Below, one piece after another: positions 62,262 through 64,000 of a stretch of DNA of 64,000 nucleotides. Numbering within the stretch: position 1 is the stretch's first letter; each line of letters starts with the position of its first letter. The notes beneath the pieces were generated by a model, which saw only the letters and a list, made by a program, of their open reading frames with translations, had not been told where the DNA came from and searched no databases. The DNA is from Penicillus capitatus (lineage: Eukaryota > Plantae > Chlorophyta), in assembly GCA_965649825.1 (NCBI GenBank), contig OZ287694.1, positions 1,301,197-1,365,196 of the forward strand, read 5' to 3'. Position numbers and translations under genes: made by a program.

Positions 62262-63398
62262 CGCGCATTCCGGCCGGGTTTTCTGCGTCGTGCCTGCTCG
62301 ACGAAAGAACTCGTTCTCGTAGATCAAACGCCGATCGCGGCGGCCCATGTCTCGGAATCGAATGCTTGGCGCTACTTAAGGGGACTCGGATTGACGGAGA
62401 ACCACTGTGCGGCACTGGAGAATCGCTTTCCTCTTCTCCGACGCGTGTCTTTTCGCCAACCTCTCAGCGCAAAGATCGCCTTTCTTTCCGATAAGGGCAT
62501 GAATCGACGCGGCATGCGGCGTTTCTTCGCCAACGTGCTACAGATCTACCCTGAATTTCTCGATCTCGATGTCGAAACCGACATGCAACCCGTCTTCTCT
62601 TATCTCTCCACTCTGGGCCTCACAGATGAAGAAATCCTTGTCATGACGATCCAGTACCCGCATCTCATGGGCTACGGTGTCGAAGAGGTCTTCCGTAAGA
62701 AGGTCGATTTTCTCAGGGAGACGCTCGTCGATGATCCACAAGACATTGCCCAGATGATCTTCTCCTTTCCACAGTACTTTGGCGTCAGTCTCGAGAACAA
62801 TATCTGTCCCGTCGTGACGTACTTCATGGAAGAGATCGATCTGGATAAGGCGGCTTTGCGAAAGGTGTTTTCGAAATGCCCTCAGATCTTTGGCCTGCGT
62901 CTCGATGCGACGCGTGCGAAACTGGATTTTCTGATCGAAATGGGTTTCGATCTGTTTACCATTCGGGCGCTGATCAAACGCTTTCCCGCTTTCCTCAGAG
63001 CATCGTTGAGGCATCATATCCATCCGACGCTCTGCATTCTGCTCGAATACGGAACGCGGTACATCGTCCGGAAAATTTTCTACAAGTGCCCGCAATGTCT
63101 CTGCCTGTCCTATGACGAAGAGATTCTTCCCAAGTTTCGTTTCTTCGTCGAAATGGGATACGATAATTACGATCTCAAAGTCCTGCTGGAGCAGTTTCCT
63201 GAAGTTCTGTGCTATTCGTTGGAGGACGAGATTATGCCGACGGTTGAGAAATCGTTGGACATCGGAGTGCCCTTCGTGGAAACGCGCATTACATTCGCCC
63301 GACATCCAGAGCTTTTCCGTCAGTCCATTGCGAAAGTGACAGACGACATCGATAACGAAAAAGACAAGAGATACGAACCCAAACGGCTCACTATATGA
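62256..63398 (+). CDS. mTERF family protein, intronless
   Basis: Repeats YPEFLDLDV..DMQPVFSYL, FPQYFGVSLE.NICPVVTYF, FPEVLCYSLE.EIMP, and an Arg-rich N-terminus. Confidence 0.9.
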   Translation: MRRAFRPGFLRRACSTKELVLVDQTPIAAAHVSESNAWRYLRGLGLTENHCAALENRFPLLRRVSFRQPLSAKIAFLSDKGMNRRGMRRFFANVLQIYPEFLDLDVETDMQPVFSYLSTLGLTDEEILVMTIQYPHLMGYGVEEVFRKKVDFLRETLVDDPQDIAQMIFSFPQYFGVSLENNICPVVTYFMEEIDLDKAALRKVFSKCPQIFGLRLDATRAKLDFLIEMGFDLFTIRALIKRFPAFLRASLRHHIHPTLCILLEYGTRYIVRKIFYKCPQCLCLSYDEEILPKFRFFVEMGYDNYDLKVLLEQFPEVLCYSLEDEIMPTVEKSLDIGVPFVETRITFARHPELFRQSIAKVTDDIDNEKDKRYEPKRLTI

Positions 63399-63445
63399 GA
63401 TAACGCCCATGACGTTGTGGACCTATTCTCTGAGAGATGGATCAC

Positions 63446-63974
63446 TTACGACAGACCTTCCTCTTTGTTCAGAAGATTCAACTCTTCCTCCAGTGCCTTC
63501 ACCTGACGTGCATTCCTCTCACGCAACAGAATCTTCTGAACCAGATCATCTAGAGACGCACGGATCTATCCGGCGCCGATGCGATCGTACGGGAGATCCA
63601 CACCTTCGGGATAGCTCGATGGATCATCGTCTTCCAGCATGATGTTGATCAGCGTCTGTCTCCGGCGCTTCACTTGTCGACTCATCTCTTTCAATTCCTC
63701 AAGCGTTCCGCTGAGCAAGAGAGATTCGAAGACGTCTTTGTCGTAAGGCGGCTTCATTTGAGACAGTTCCAAACCGACGGACACCACGGGCATCGCGCCA
63801 TGTCCTATCTATCACCATATCAGCATCCATCAAGGGATTGGGTGTGAGCGTGTGCGAACAGACTTCGTATTGAACGACTTCATCACGGCTGAGAGGATGC
63901 ATGTCGGTTCGACTTCCTGATCCCACCGAGTCCTGAGGCGTTATGCGCCCCTTTGTCTTTGTGTGACGTCGCAT
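63446..63974 (-). CDS. Small hypothetical protein, 3 exons (start may lie further upstream)
   Basis: Two ~54-nt GT-AG introns join ...VVQYE|IGHGAMPVVSVG...SSYPE|DDLVQKILLRERNARQVKALEEELNLLNKEEGLS*. Confidence 0.5.
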
Positions 63975-64000
63975 CGCTGGAGCCGGGCGCTTCTTCGACC

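Noticed and set aside
62538-63410. 290-aa minus-strand ORF antisense to mTERF
   Set aside because: It has no motifs and is a typical shadow ORF of a coding strand.

Overview
This is eukaryotic nuclear DNA from a compact green-alga-like genome. Supporting signs are a plastid DUF1118 gene, DCD-Kelch and mTERF genes, GT-AG introns mostly about 45-70 nt long, and the standard genetic code. Assigning a lineage (for example a siphonous ulvophyte) would be a guess. Most of the window is a recent segmental triplication. Arm 1..~13160 is an inverted copy of ~39625..53215. A third, partly decayed copy at ~20990..31515 lies in the same orientation as the right arm and lacks a ~3.9 kb block. The repeated unit carries housekeeping genes (DUF1118, CWC24, NSRP1, an uncharacterised plant-type protein) and a family of TRP-like cation channels in four subtypes. 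There are three intact ~5 kb WD40-beta-propeller-TRP fusion genes, two short TRP genes head-to-head with them, one frameshifted TRP gene, and two divergent-pore TRP genes head-to-head with DCD(-Kelch) genes. The strongest signal is that channel paralogs stay close in their cytoplasmic parts, with mosaic gene-conversion-like patterns, but are hypervariable in extracellular loops and the transmembrane/pore region. This suggests a diversifying receptor-channel system. Also present are three intronless MFS transporters, several transposon remnants (two solo-LTR-like inserts, a TIR element with a T-shaped hairpin, a decayed Ty3/gypsy pol), a mercaptopyruvate sulfurtransferase, and two divergent mTERF genes whose ATGs are 8 bp apart inside a perfect 20-bp palindrome. 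No rRNA, tRNA or CRISPR array was seen. All exon structures and alignments were read by eye, so boundaries are approximate.
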